DNA of 64,000 bases from Octopus vulgaris (Eukaryota), in the NCBI GenBank assembly GCA_951406725.2, contig OX597818.1, forward strand, positions 111,166,001-111,230,000, given 5' to 3'. Numbering within the stretch: position 1 is the stretch's first letter; each line of letters opens with the position of its first letter. This document shows positions 38,957 through 52,680 of the stretch, piece after piece. The notes beneath the pieces are model-generated. The model ran no database searches and was not told where the DNA came from. It saw nothing but the letters and a program-made list of their open reading frames with translations. Position numbers and translations under genes: made by a program.

Positions 38957-40339
38957 GTATGTATGCATGTATGTATGTATGTATGTATGTATGTATGTAT
39001 GTATGTATGTATGTATGTATGTATGTATGTATGTATGTATGTATGCGCAATGGCCATACTCAATAACGAGGGGGCAGCCATAATGTATGTATGTACATAC
39101 GTATGCATGCATGCATGTATGTATGTATGAATAGATGTCCATACATATTTTTATATAGATATATTTTTATTTTTATTTATATTCTTAATTTTAAATTGAT
39201 TTTTTTTTTAATTTTAAGAATTTTAAATTGTAAAAATTTAAAATTTCATATTCTTTTTCTTTTTTTACATGTACATTTGTATATGCTGTTTCTGTGTGTT
39301 TGTGTGTAGGGGTGGGTAGGTGGGGGCTCATTAGCTGTGGTGAAGGCAACTTTTCTAGGAGAGGGACACTCTGACATAAAAAACAGGTCATGGTTATGAC
39401 GGTCCCCTTAATCAGCTGCACTATCAAAGCCATGACTGTTTTATGGGTGCAGACTGGGCTCCTGATTTGAAGCAAAGTCATGATTAGAACAACCAGGATA
39501 GGAGAATAAAACTCTGAATTCAAATTAACTTACCACTGCTGCCTTGCAGTTTCCCTTTGAGGAAAAGCCTAGAAGAAGATACTCTGATATAAAACCTACA
39601 GTCAACTTAGTACCGGTTATCTTGCTTTGCTTGTCACTGGAATCTACAATTTTGACTCAGAGAATGGCAAAAGTGTTGTACAAGCGTTTGTCACTGAAAT
39701 CCAATGAAGTACAGATGTCCCATTGCCTTACTGGCACCTGTTACCAACATCGCCTTACTGGCACCTGTGCCGGTGGCATGTGTAAAAAGATTCGAGTGAG
39801 GTCACTGCCAGTACTGCCTGACTGGCTCCCATGCCAGTGGCATGTAAAAAGCACCCACTACACTCTCGGAGTGATTGGCATTAGGAAGGGCATCCAGCTG
39901 TAGAAATATTATCAGATCAGATTGGAGCCTGGTGCAGCCATCTGGTTCGCCAGCCCTCAGTCAAAATCGTCCAACCCATGCTAGCATGGAAAGCAGACGT
40001 TAAACAATGATGATGATTATCATCATCATACAATCATCATTTTTCAAAAGTCCTATGGCGATCAAGGTGTGGCAATGTATGCAGACTTGACCAGTTGGAA
40101 GTATAGTTACAAATCTGCACATAAGGTGGCAGGGTTCTTATTTTAACATTGCTAGCATGTTTTCATGGACAGGAACTGTTTTTGGAGGAGAATCCTGAGT
40201 CTGAGCAGCCCTTTTAAGGAGAACACTGCTCACCTGGATATACTGGGAAGGTGCTAGAAAAGGTGCACCAAAAATTGTCTGTCCTTTCTCTTCTGGTTAG
40301 TTTATGTGGTTGACGGTGGTTCAATTTAGCAGGAATGGA

Positions 40340-40650
40340 CAAAGAATTGATATAAACAATGATAACAAGTATGCAAGGAATAAGGTTTCTCTTAACCTGG
40401 CCTCTTGGAATGTGAGAACCCGTTTAGCTCAAGCAGATAGGCCTGAAAGAAGAACAGCTCTAGTAACTAAGGAGCTAAGGTATCTTAATGTTGACATTGC
40501 AGCTCTTTCTGAAACAAGATTTTTCAGATGAAGATCATCTTGTCAAAAGAGCAGCAGGTTTCACATTATTCTGGGTTAGAAGCCAAAAGGAGAAAAAAGG
40601 GAAGGTGATGTTGGGTTTGCAATTAGAAGTGATTTTCTAAAGGACTTAGA
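40340..40650 (+). mobile_element. RTE/BovB-like LINE N-terminal endonuclease fragment
   Basis: LNLASWNVRT...DRPERRTALVTKELRYLNVDIAALSETRF, then a frameshift and GFAIR. Confidence 0.8.
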
Positions 40651-40780
40651 GCAATCAGAAAGGACTTATAACAATTAGAGAAGAACTACCATGTAGCAAT
40701 TCAACAATGATGTAATTAAATCATACCATATAGAAAAAATTAAATATACGGTAAAACATTTACCTAGAACTAAATAAAGT

Positions 40781-41962
40781 CATCATCATCATCATCATCG
40801 TTTAACGTCCGTTTTCCGCGCTAGCACGGGTTGGACAGTTCGACCAGGGTCTGGGGAGCCAGGGGCTGCTCCAGGCTCCAGTCTGATCTGGCAGTGTTTC
40901 TACAGCTGGATGCCCTTCCTAACACCAACCACTCCATGAGTGTAGTGGGTGCTTTTTACGTGCCACCTGCACAGGTGCCAGAGGGGTCTGGCATTGGCCA
41001 CGACCGGTTGGTGCTTTTTATGTGCCACCGGCACAGAAGCCAGTTGAGGCGGGGCTGGCATCGGCCACGTTCGGATGGTGCTTTTTATGTGCCACCGGCA
41101 CAGAAACCATTCGGGCAAGGTTGGCATCGGTCACGTTCGGATGGTGCTTTTTATGTGCCACCAGCATAGAAGCCAGTCGAGGCGGCACTGGCAACGGCCA
41201 CATTCGGATGGTGCTTTTTATGTGCCACCGGCACAGGTATCACAACTACTATTTCCATTCATATTTGGTTCGATGTTCATGTACATGCACTTGACTCAAC
41301 AGGTCTCCTCAAGCACAGCGAGATGTTCCGGGATCCAAGGTATTTTGAATGGGCAGGGGCTATGCGGAACTGGTGCCGGGTCTTAGTAGTCACAGCACAT
41401 CTCCAGAGATCTTGGTCCTTCGCCATTGCCTCAGTGAGGCCCAACGCTCTGAGGTCATGCTTGACTACCTCATCCCATGTCTACCTCTCCCCCTGATTCC
41501 TTCAACTGTTCGGGAGTGGCACTTCTTCACACATTTCTCCTCATCCATCCGCAGTACATGACCATACCATCGCAAGCATCGCTCTTGCACACCGCATCTG
41601 ATGCTTCTTATGCCTAGCATTTCTCTCAGGGTGCTTACACTCTGTCGTGCATTCACACTGACATTACACATCCAGCGGATCATGCTAGCTTCATTTCTTT
41701 AAAGTCTACGCATGTCCTCTGCAGTCACGGCCCATGTTTCACTGCTGTGAAGCATGGCAGTTCGCACACATGCATCATACAATCTACCTTTCACTCTGAG
41801 TGAAAGACCCTTTGTCGCCAGTAGGGGTAGGAGCTTTCTAAACTTTGCCCAGGCTATTCGTATTCTAGTGGTGACACTCTCTGAGCAATCACCCCCACTA
41901 CTAACTTGGTCACCCAGGTAGCGGAAACTATCAACTACTTCTAGTTTTTCCCCCTGGAGTGT
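40781..41962 (-). mobile_element. 5'-truncated RTE LINE (C-terminal ORF2, 3' UTR ~60-bp repeat array, (GAT)n tail)
   Basis: LEVVDSFRYLGD...RIRIAWAKFRKLLPLL...LRWYGHVLRM; collinear array and tail. Confidence 0.88.
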
Positions 41963-42017
41963 GAAGCAATACTGCTATATTGTATAAAGTTAAAGTTTAG
42001 GGTTATTCAGAGGATTA

Positions 42018-42272
42018 TTAAGAAGAAGAAATTATAACAAAAGGACAAAATGTTTTATGAATACTTTTAGTAAATTTACCTAGAAGTAAATAAAGTACAA
42101 AATAATAAATAAATAGTAAATAAATAGTTATATAATTAGTAATTATATACTATTTATTAATATTTACTATTTATTACTAATTATATAACTTGTACTTTAT
42201 TTACTTCTAGGTAAATTTACTAAAAGTATTCATAAAACATTTTGTCCTTTTGTTATAATTTCTTCTTCTTAA
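42018..42272. repeat. AT-rich inverted repeat, ~83-bp arms
   Basis: Arms 42018-42100 and 42190-42272 are reverse complements; the spacer has internal symmetry. Confidence 0.88.
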
Positions 42273-42887
42273 TTATTAGTATAATAAATCTTGAATTTTA
42301 TGACTATACTCACTATGATTTCTGTCGACTCCCTCAGCCCTATCCCGAACAGACCTGGCCTTAGATATACCAGAATTTGATAAAACTAGTCTATAAATTA
42401 TTACTGACCCCCGATATAAAAGTGACAAGCAAAATCTGTAACAAGTCTTTCTTCCTGATAACTTAGTAGCTTCTAAGTGGAAGCAGTATTTGTTGAAGAT
42501 TTAATTAAAAAGTATAAATTTTTCTGGAAGTTATAAGGCAACAAATTTGGGGGTGGTTATACCATAAAATCTAGCCTGTTGTCACAAGAATTATAGACAT
42601 AAGGAGTGGCTGTGTGGTAAGTAGCTTGCTTACCAACCACATGGTTCCAGGTTCAGTCTTACTGGGTGGCACCTAAGGTAAGTGTCTTCCACTATAGCCT
42701 CAGATCGACCAAAGCATTGTGAGTGGATTTGGTAGGCAGAAACTGAAAGAAGCCCATTGTATTTATGGTTAGAGTGTCAATCTTACGACCGTGAGGTTGT
42801 GAGTTTGAACAGGGCTGCATGTTGTGTTCTTGAGCAAGACACTTCATTTCACGTTACTCCAGTCCACTCAGCTGTAGAAATGAGTTG

Positions 42888-43882
42888 TGTAGGGAATATG
42901 ATTGTACGTAAGGAGTTGGGTGACAAATGTCTCCTTTAGAATGCCGCATGGTCACCCCTAACAAAATTAGAAGCTAAATACATGATGTAAAATACAGTGC
43001 CAACAGGAATAAATGAAGGACAACAAACTGTTCTACAGTTTGAGAGAGAAGAAGACTCTATTTACAAAGTGTACAAAGAGAGAGTGTGTGAGTGCTAGCA
43101 AAGTGTTGTGTCTGAATGCGTGCAACAAGTGTTTGTGTCTGTGTGTGACTGAAGGTGAATGCGTATACAACAGAAATACAGAGCATAAGATGAATGTCTC
43201 AGCATATTGAGTTAAGATGGAATTTGTTTACCAGTTCGTAAGTGAGGTACATGATAGCAAGTTTTATAACAAGATGCTGTGGACACGAAGCAGAGGCTGG
43301 TTGGGGACATGTCATGCAGCGGTTGGGGCTTCTATGCCGTGCCGAGTCTCTTGATACAGAAAGTTCTTTCAGGTAGACTGTAACTGTTTCACCTCGGTGA
43401 AATATTCACAAACAGCGTGGAGTTTTAAACCTGGATGATGTTGATGTGTACATATTTGAAGTTGATGGTGGTAATGGCAATGGTGGTGGAGACGTCCTAT
43501 GGTGCTGGTGTACATTAGCGTTGTCATGGCTGAAGCAGGAACATGGCTGGCTGGCTGGTCATCTGTTGCTGGAACTGGAACATGGCTGAGTAGCTTGGTG
43601 GTCAGTGACTAGTCCTTAGAAGGTCTAGAGCCAAAGACCTGGAATAGTGAATGCTGGCCTTTTTATAGCCTGGGGTAGGCTCAAATGAAGCATCTTATCC
43701 GAAGGCCGTGATTGGTTGGCTTACACACTGGCGTGAAATAAGTTGAGAGACAAACTGTGCCAAATGCCAACCAATCAGAGCAGTGGACACAACAGGGTCA
43801 AACTAGCCAAAAATGGTTGTAATCTACCATGAGATTATTCCTAATGTGTCTCTCAAACAGTGAGGATATCAGTCACACTACA
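42888..43882 (-). mobile_element. Solo LTR (995 bp) inserted in a SINE
   Basis: TGTAG...CTACA termini, 4-bp TSD gttg, SINE rejoins across it; CCAAT motifs and a minus-strand TATAAAA near 43660-43780. Confidence 0.8.
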
Positions 43883-44359
43883 GTTGCGATGTCACTGGTG
43901 CCAAGCTGTATCAGCCTTTGTCTTTCCCTTGGATAACATCAGTGATGTGGAGAGGGGAGGCTGGTATGCATGGGCGACTGCTGGCCTTCCATTAAACAAC
44001 TTTGCCCGGACTTGTACATGGGAGGGTAACTTTCTAGGTGCAATCCCATGGTCAGTCATGACCGAAGGGGTTCTCAGTATATATGTGTGTGTGTGTGTTC
44101 ATGACTGTGCTTGTCTCCCCACCATGGCTTGACAATCAATGTTAGTGTGTTTACACCCCCGTAACTTAGCGGTTCGTTAATAGAGACCGATAGAATAAGT
44201 ACTAGGCTTACAAAGAATAAGTCCTGGGTCATTTGTTCAAGTAAAGGTGATGCTCTAACATGGCCGCAGTCAAATGAGCGAAACAAATAAAAGAAAAAAA
44301 ATGTGTCCTTGTGTTTGTATTAGACTCCCCAGCTTTTGACAACCGGTGTAGGTTATTTG

Positions 44360-44615
44360 GGTACTACTTGAGAACAGCGGTCCCGATGTGTACACTCGCA
44401 TACTCGTGCTAGCTAGTCATGACTAGTTGCTCCTTACTTTGTAGTTTTTGTGCTTTATTTACTTTGTTTAACAAAAATTATTTACTTTGTGTAAAATAAT
44501 TATTTATTTTGTGTTTTATTTACTTTGCTAGGTAGTTGTTGTAGGATCAACTAGCTAGTGCGGATGCACGAGTACGCGAGTGCGCGCACCGGGACCACTG
44601 TTCTTAAGTAGTACC
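44360..44615. mobile_element. Mutator (MULE)-type MITE nested in a SINE
   Basis: ~55-bp imperfect TIRs ggtactactt...aagtagtacc; exact 9-bp TSD ggttatttg. Confidence 0.8.
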
Positions 44616-44894
44616 GGTTATTTGTGTAACTTAGTAGTTGCACAAAAGAAACCGATAGGAAAAGTATGAAGTGTTAAAAAAGAATAAAAAAGTGCTTGGG
44701 GTTGATTCATTGACTAAAATCTTTCAAGGCGGTGCCCCAGCATGGCCGAAGTCCAATGACAAACAAGATGAAAGATTAATATACAACTGTGTTAGGGTGG
44801 CGAGCTGGCAGAATCGTTAGCATGGGCAAAACGCTTAGCGACATTTTGTCCATCTTTATGTTCAGGGTTCAAATTCCTCCCAAGTCCACTTTCG

Positions 44895-45360
44895 ATAGGA
44901 GGAATTACAACCTTATTTCGTGGTCTGCTACCACAACAGCTCCTTTATAGGATCAAGTTAGCTCAAGACATCATCAGGAGGAACCACATCCGGTTTTGGC
45001 CCCTACTCCTCTACCGTTTTGACATGGCGGAGCCCCCGCTTTCAGAGGTGTCTTCAGCTCTGGTGTTGTGTACATGTCTTCTTTCTTCTTTTTCCTTCTA
45101 TTCCCTGACCTCTTCGATGTATCGTCAGCGAGTGACTGACTGACTTGTCAAATTTTCCCTTTAAATACCTGACGCTAGGCTCCAGCAGGCAGCCCTAGCA
45201 AGTTGTCACATGACACTGTCTCACCTTAGCTGACTAGTGAAGGTGTGTAGTCTTAGCCCGCGCATTCTCTACACGAGGTAAGCTTGTCTCACCTAGTGAT
45301 GTTATTTCCCGCCAGCATGTTATGACTTTCAAGCCATTTTTGGTCTTCCCGCTTCAGCCA
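44895..45360. mobile_element. LTR-like dispersed repeat; partial second copy at about 60048-60320
   Basis: High similarity between the two copies (tttcgtggtctgctaccacaacagctcctttataggatc...); the second copy starts with TG; boundaries uncertain. Confidence 0.5.
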
Positions 45361-45445
45361 TATATAAGCACCATTTGAACACTAGGGTCGATGTGATCGA
45401 CTTATCACCTCCTCAAAATTGCTGGTCTTGTGCCAACATTTGAAA

Positions 45446-45809
45446 TCTCTATCTATATAAAGCTGAAGTTGTCTGTGTATGGCAGGTTTGGTAGCCTTCA
45501 ACTAACACTATCTCCTCCAAGACCCTGCGGTGCAAGTTGACCAAAATTGAGAGTATGATAGAAGGCTTGCTCTTCCTTCCGTAGGAAAAAATTAAAATCG
45601 GACCATGTTAACACCAAAAATTATTTACATCAAAAAGGTGCTTTTTTTTCTATGAAAATCCCTATTTTTTACGATTTTTTGACTGCTGTGTCGCCATTTT
45701 TGGGTGTATTTCAACCAGAAAAATGTTCACAAGCTACATAATGCAAAATTTTTACTTTTCAAAAATTTCAATTCTAAAGGGTCGAAACAAACCCGAGCGA
45801 TACTGCTAG
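45446..45809 (+). mobile_element. Non-autonomous Helitron related to the 24.3-kb copies
   Basis: A|TCtctatctatataaa...acaaacccgagcgatactgCTAG|T; no TSD. Confidence 0.75.
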
Positions 45810-45829
45810 TCAATATATAACCGCATCAA

Positions 45830-46400
45830 AGCAGCGAGCTAAGAGAAACGTTAGTAACCCGGGCAAATTACTTAACAGCATTTCGTCCGCCTTTACATTC
45901 TGAGTTCACATTTCCCGAGATCTACTTTTGCTTTCATCTTTTCGAAGTCGATAAAATAAGTACCAGTTACGCACTGGGGTCGATATAATCGACTTAATCC
46001 GTTTGTCTGTTTTTGTTTGTCCCCCTCTGTGTTTAGCCCCCTGTGGGTAGTAAGGAAATAGGTATTTCGTCTGCCGCTACGTTCTAAGTTCAAATTCCGC
46101 CGAGGTCGTCTTTGCCTTTCATCCTTTCGGGGTCGATAAATTAAGTACAGAGTTACGCACTGGGGTCGATATAATCGACTTAATCCCTCTGTCTGTCCTT
46201 ATTTGTCCCTGCTATGTTTAGCCCCCTGTGGGCAATAAAGAAATAAGCATTTCGTCCGTCTTTACATTCGGAGTTCACATTTCCCGAGATCTACTCTGGC
46301 TTTCATCTATTCGAAGTCGATAAAATAAGCTCCAGTTGAGCTCTAAGGACGACGTTATCGACTTTTTCCCTTTCTCAAAACTGCTGGCCTTACGCCAACC
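45830..46400 (+). mobile_element. Tandem tRNA-derived SINEs directly upstream of NSFL1C (family also at ~4325, 16280, 18522, 30710-31320, 32695-33110, 47833, 54815, 55243, 57960, 63602, 63818)
   Basis: Recurrent gagctggcagaa...gttcaaattcc (B-box-like) ...gtcgactttgcctttcatcctttcggggtcgataaa. Confidence 0.85.
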
Positions 46401-46529
46401 TTTCCAACTATTATATAATCGTATTCTCGACGTAGATTTTACTTTCACTTCTTAACTGAAGGGTAGATAACTCGTACGAAATGAGTCAGCAAGATTAGAG
46501 AGCTCTTCTGTTTCTGCAACAAATTCAAC

Positions 46530-46634
46530 ATGGATCCCGGTCAGGAATCTTTGGTGGAGCAATTTATTAAAGTCACTGAAGTAGACAGAGATCGAGCCAA
46601 ATTCTTCCTTGAATCTTCATCATGGGATTTAGAA
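46530..46634 (+). CDS. NSFL1C: NSFL1 cofactor p47, coding exon 1 (UBA-like domain)
   Basis: ATG at 46530 reads MDPGQESLVEQFIKVTEVDRDRAKFFLESSSWDLE, then a phase-0 GTATTT donor; matches the p47 N-terminal UBA pattern (RAxFFLESxxWDL). Confidence 0.9.
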
Positions 46635-46796
46635 GTATTTATATATTTTTTGTTATATATACCGTACAAACATTGAAGTATTATATGGATAATATCTTTG
46701 GTTTTTAAATCATTTTCATTCCAACGTATCTTCTATTGTCTAAATGTATGAATGTGTGTGCAGGGTCGATGCTTATACGTCTCTCTCTCTCTTTCT

Positions 46797-46864
<68 letters not shown>

Positions 46865-47213
46865 GTTATACCTTTATACGTGTGTGTTTATATATATTCA
46901 CACATAGATTGTATTGTGTGTGCTCGTCTGTGTGTGTGTGTGTGTGTGTATAATGTTATTAAACGAGAGGCGACTAAGGTAAGACCAGTACTGGATTGAG
47001 TACTTTACCAAAAGTAAAATGGAAATAGATTATCGTATCGAACCAATTAATCAATCACTCAATCTCTCTCTAATCTCATATATATATATATATATAATAT
47101 ATTGGCCTGCTCGCTTAGCCAGCGGGGTGGCATCATTTGAAGGCTAAAACAATGCGAAGCGCATTGTGACCAGCGATGTGTAGCAACATCTGATAGCCTG
47201 GTCGATCACGGTG

Positions 47214-47250
<37 letters not shown>

Positions 47251-48270
47251 TGTGTGTATGTCTGTGAGTATGTCTGAGATCCAGACAAAACACCAATTGG
47301 ATAAAAAAAATTCATTAGACAAAAGCCGTCATTTATAAAGCAGAGAAGGACATCATAGATACTGTTTGATTATATATATTTCAACAAAATATTTGGTCTG
47401 CTTATCAAGGAAAAACCAAATTAATGTGATGTATCCAACAGTGAAAGCATTATATCAAACCAAGATTAAATAAATTAATCATAAATGAATTGAAAAAAGA
47501 ACAAAAAACTATTTTCATTACTACGTACTTGCGTTTTTTTAATAGCGAGGTATTGTCGTAGTGTCGTGTATTATTTTTCATATCAGCTGTCGACTGTAGA
47601 TCGTAACTATTTGCGTTACCTTCCGAAAGAATCGCTTCCAAGTCGCACTGATATTAATAGGGAACGTTTCGGTTCTTATAACGAACACTGTATCACGTTT
47701 GTTTACTCTTGTTGTCTACGCAGCCATCTCACTTATTTGGGTGCAAGTGTGACCACCTCAACCTTGCAACAACTGTTGGTTTTCTAATTGCAGAATATTC
47801 TTCGTTCTAAGTTTCAATATTTCTCACATATAAGGCGGTGAGCTGGTAGAAATGTTAGCATGTCGGGCAAAATGCTTAGCGGTATTTTATCCGTCTTTAG
47901 GTTCTGAGTTCAAATGACGCCGAAGTCTACTTTACCTTTCAACCTTTCAGAATCGATAAAATAAGTAATCAGTTGAACACTGAAGTCGATGTAATCAGCT
48001 TACTCCCTGCCCTGAAATTGCTGGCCCTGTGCCAGTCTTCGAAATCAGTATATAACCGCATTATACAGTCGTTTAAATACGATTTTACTTTCACTTCTCT
48101 CCTACTTCTCTTGTAAATTATTGCACTACTAATTTTCCTTAGTCCAAATACCACCCAAATAGACATTGTAGTCCTAGTTATAACCCCAAAACACCCCATT
48201 TCTAATTGAAGCACTCTACACTTTCATTGTTGTACTCTAGATGATCCCTGAACTCCTACACAGTTTAGAC

Positions 48271-48446
48271 CAGTGGTTCCCAATCTGTGCTCCACGGACC
48301 CCAGGTGGTCTGCAAAGGTAGTACTGGGAGTCAATGAAGTAAATTCAAAATTTCATATATATATAGGGGGAGAATTCGACAAAAGACGAAGACAGGTGGT
48401 TTAGACAACAAACATGTATTAGTATAATGCTCGGGAAGTGAAAAAT

Positions 48447-48486
<40 letters not shown>

Positions 48487-48762
48487 GTATTACTTTCCAG
48501 TAAAAGATAGCCCCATAAGGGTAGAATTATACATATAAAAATAGATAAATGGTACAAGGCACCAAAATACGCAGTGAAGCTATACAATAGCGTCATATTT
48601 GTATTGATTGCTATTTTCCAGTAAATTTTGGTGCCTTGTACCATTTATCTATTTTTATATGTATATATATGCACACATAAGGATAAGCATATTAAAAGGG
48701 GTCTGTGGGAAAACTCATTTAAATAAAAGGGGTCTTTGATAGTGAAAAGGTTGGGAACCCTT
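48271..48762. mobile_element. hAT-like MITE with nested insertions
   Basis: cagtggttcccaa...ttgggaaccc termini; contains a ~39-bp-arm inverted repeat at about 48531-48663; TSD not resolved. Confidence 0.55.
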
Positions 48763-51730
48763 CCCTTTAGGTGCCCACTCTATGTTACTCTCCTAAGTCA
48801 CTATCATTTTAGACTATGTCATAAGGTAAGGATGTTGTTTTGTTATTAATGTCTCAGTTTTGAAGCATGACAGCTTCCTATGTGCTGAAAGAAAGGTTAG
48901 GCATAAGAGGAATCAAATGTAACATGCAAGAGAAAAGATTATAATTGTTTGATCATGTAATGTGTATGGATGAGGACAGCTGTATAAAGAAGTGCCAATC
49001 TTTTAAAGTGGGTGGAATCTGTGGAAGAGAGAAACCCCCGCTAAGAAATGAGATGAAGTAGTAGGAGGGTCAATCTCAAGATGTTGAACCTCATTGGAAT
49101 TGAATGGACTGAGATGTCTGGTGATATGAGGTTCTTGAGAAGATCCACCCACCTCAGCAAAACAGTTCTGGAAGCGTTGTGTATTATGTGTTCTCCACCT
49201 ACATCATCATCATCATCGTTTAACATCTGTTTTCCATGGTGGCATGGGCTGGACGCTTTGATGGAGGTCTGGAGAGCTAGTGGCTGCACCAGGCTCTAAT
49301 CTGATCTGGCAATGTTTCTACTGCTAGATGCCCTTCCTAATGCCAACCACTCCAAGAGTGTAGTGGGTGTTTCTTACGTGCCACTGGTACAGGAGCCAGT
49401 TATGGCAGCACCAATGTAGTTTTAAGTCCACGTTTCCATGTTTTTATGGGTCAGATGGAATTCTTTGAGTCAGGTTTGCTATATCCAAATGTCCTTTCTA
49501 TCACCATTCCTTGTTTCTAAGTAAAGTAATATTTCCCCATGACTTGATACATTTTCGTAGAAAATAGGATAGAATGATACTAACTGTATGGCAGTGACTC
49601 TCATTTAGAACTACCCTGTAATGTTGAAACAAAGAGGCACATACACACTGAAACTGAAACAACATAATTGCAAGGCAAACTCAACCACACATCCAAAATA
49701 TATTTACACATACATAGTTATATAAGAACACAATTTCTGTCATATATTCATCATCATCATCATCATGAATATATGATAGAAATTGTGTTTGGAGTGATAA
49801 AATGGATTTATATTATAGAGAAATAGTTTCATCTGTTTGAATATTTTAATTAATATTGGGTCAAATAATTCTTCTAATTATGTAACGGAATGAGAGTGGG
49901 TGTACAGCAACTATAGTCCTGCTTAGTGTATTGCTTTCACTGCATACCCCCAATAACCCAAACTACATCTCATTGCGCCCTATGCTTGTCTCTTCATGCT
50001 TCTCCAGCGCAATGCCACTTTCTCATCTCTCTCACTCTCCTGCCCACCGCCTCCACCAACTTGTATCATTGCTACCCTACCACTCATTGCATTCCCCTTC
50101 TCCTTTTTTGTCTCCCACTCTCTTTTGCACTCTTATGAACTCCTTGCTCACTCCACCCTGTCCAATTGTTTGTACCTTGATATGTATCTTCACCATCGTC
50201 TTCTCACTCTCTCCCCAACAGGGTTGCCATGTATCTCCTCTACAGCAAAACATCTTTAGCTGTCCCTCTATTCATACTTTCACTTCTCATCACCTGGCAT
50301 GCAGCCACCTTCCTCAAATCTCTTCCCCATCTCAGTTGAGGGGCCTTTCTCTTGCAAGGCATTTGATGGCCTCACTGCTGTTGGTGCCACCCTAACCCTA
50401 AAGTGGTTGGCATTAGGAAGGGCATCCAGGCATGGAAACCATGCTAAAGCAGGCAGTAGACCTTGGTGCAGTCTTCTGACTTGCCAGCCCTTGAAAAACT
50501 GTTTAGCCCAGCATAGAAAACAAGCATTAGATGATGATGATGATTTTCCAGTCATTAGCACCATTCAGAAATCTGAGTTTTCATTTTACTTTCTTTAAGC
50601 CCTGATATTATCTTTTTCAGACAGGCTACAACTTGGTATTAATTCTCTTTGCATTGGCACTATCATATTTTAGTAAATTAGCCATTTCATATCTGGTTAT
50701 ACTGTTCGGCATATTCTACAAAGGGTGACAAAGTTTGCTGTTTTAGTTTCCTCTCATTGAGATATTTTTATCTAATTGTAACTAACACAAAAATAATCCA
50801 GAAATAACAAAACTTTACTGCTTAAAAATGTTACTCTTGTTTTGAACACATTCTGTCATTTTTTGTGTTTTTTTTTTACACAACCAATTGTAATGTCACA
50901 AAATGTGATGAATGTAACTGTTTATCCAGGGAACTTAACAGTTTTTCATTTTGGTTCAGAGTTGGTTTTGCTTCAGTAAATGCTGACCTTAGGAAAATTA
51001 TTCACTCCATTCCTTGGGTAAATGATGAATGTGTGTGTGTGTAAATGAGTGAAAAAGAAGTGTGTGTGTGTGAGTGAAAAAAGAAGTGTGTGTATGTGTA
51101 AATGAGTGAAAAAAAAGTGTGTGTGTGTATTCGTGTAAATGAGTGAAAAAAGAGGTGTGTGTGTGTGTTAGCTGTACTTTCAGAGCAGTGGAGTAGATAC
51201 TGCTGAGGAGTTCACAATCAATTGAAACTAGTCTAGTGTTTCTAATTTTGCTCATTGGACGGTTAGACGGTTATCTCCCCTATCATCAGCATTGTCATTT
51301 AACGTCTTCTTTCCATGCTGGTATGGGTTGGACAGTTTGACTGTGGACTGGCAAGCCAGGAGGCTTCATGAGGCTCCAATCTGAGTCGGCAAGGTTTCTA
51401 CAGCTGGATGCCCTTCCGCTAACCACTCTGAGAGTGTAGTGGGTGCTTTTTATGTGCCACTGGCATGGGAGTCAGTCGGGTGGCACTTGTATTGATCACA
51501 TTTGAATGGTGTCTTTTATGTGCCACCGGCATGGGAGCCAGTTTGGTATTGGCCATGCTTGAATGGTCAGTGAATATAAATGTGCATTTATGCTGCTGCA
51601 AGGGTTTTAACTCTTATTTCTAGCAATATAGGTGCTACTCAGCACCCTCTGTCACAACTAGTGACAATTATATTTTACCTTTATGGTTTTATATTGTGCT
51701 TAATTGCTTCTATAATTCTTATGTATATAT

Positions 51731-51809
<79 letters not shown>

Positions 51810-52276
51810 ATGTATGTGTACATGTGTGTGTGCGTCAGTGTCTCCTGATTAGCTCTCGTACTGATGGCATGTGAAAAGCACTATTTGAACATGGCTGGTG
51901 CCAGGACCCACTGAATGGCCCCCGTGCCGGTGGCACATAAAAAGCACTATCCAAACGTGATTGATGCCAGGCCTGCCTGACTGCCCCCTGTGCCAGTGGC
52001 ACATAAAAAGCACCCACTAAACTCTTGGAGTGGTTAGCATTTGGAAGGGCATCCAGCTATAGAAACTCTTCCAGATCAAGATTGGAGCCTGGTGCAACCT
52101 TCTGGCTCTCCAGATCTCAGTCAAACCGTTCAACCCATGTTAGCATGGAAAGCGGACGTTAAGAGATGATGATGAAGAATGTTATTGATAGTGACTTGTA
52201 AGTTTTGGTCAGCTAAGCCATCTTTGGCTGCTACTTTTGAAGTCACTGTCAACGATATTCTTATTTTCTTGTTTAA

Positions 52277-52495
52277 CCCTTTCGTTGCCAACCCAGCTGA
52301 AACCTCCTCTGACTCTGTAGTACAAATCTCTTGTTTTCATAAATACTGAATTAAAATCTTCCACCAAGCCTTAGTCACAATTTATGTTCCTAACACTAGC
52401 TTAATAATAACTAAGTTATTTAACCAAATTCTTTGTTATATTTGAAATAATTGAAAGAAACAGAGCATCTCAGCAGAAATACAGTAACAAAAGGG
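52277..52495. mobile_element. piggyBac-type MITE (related copies near 8110-8335, 58365-59030, 59890-60386)
   Basis: TTAA|CCCTTT...AAAGGG|TTAA. Confidence 0.82.
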
Positions 52496-52624
52496 TTAAG
52501 AAATTCTTTTCTCTCCAAAAGTATAGAGTAAACCATCAGATTAATGTAAAATTGTTTTTATTATAATTGAACATAACAACAAACATTTCACACACACACA
52601 CATGTAAAAATGTGTGCATGTGTG

Positions 52625-52680
<56 letters not shown>

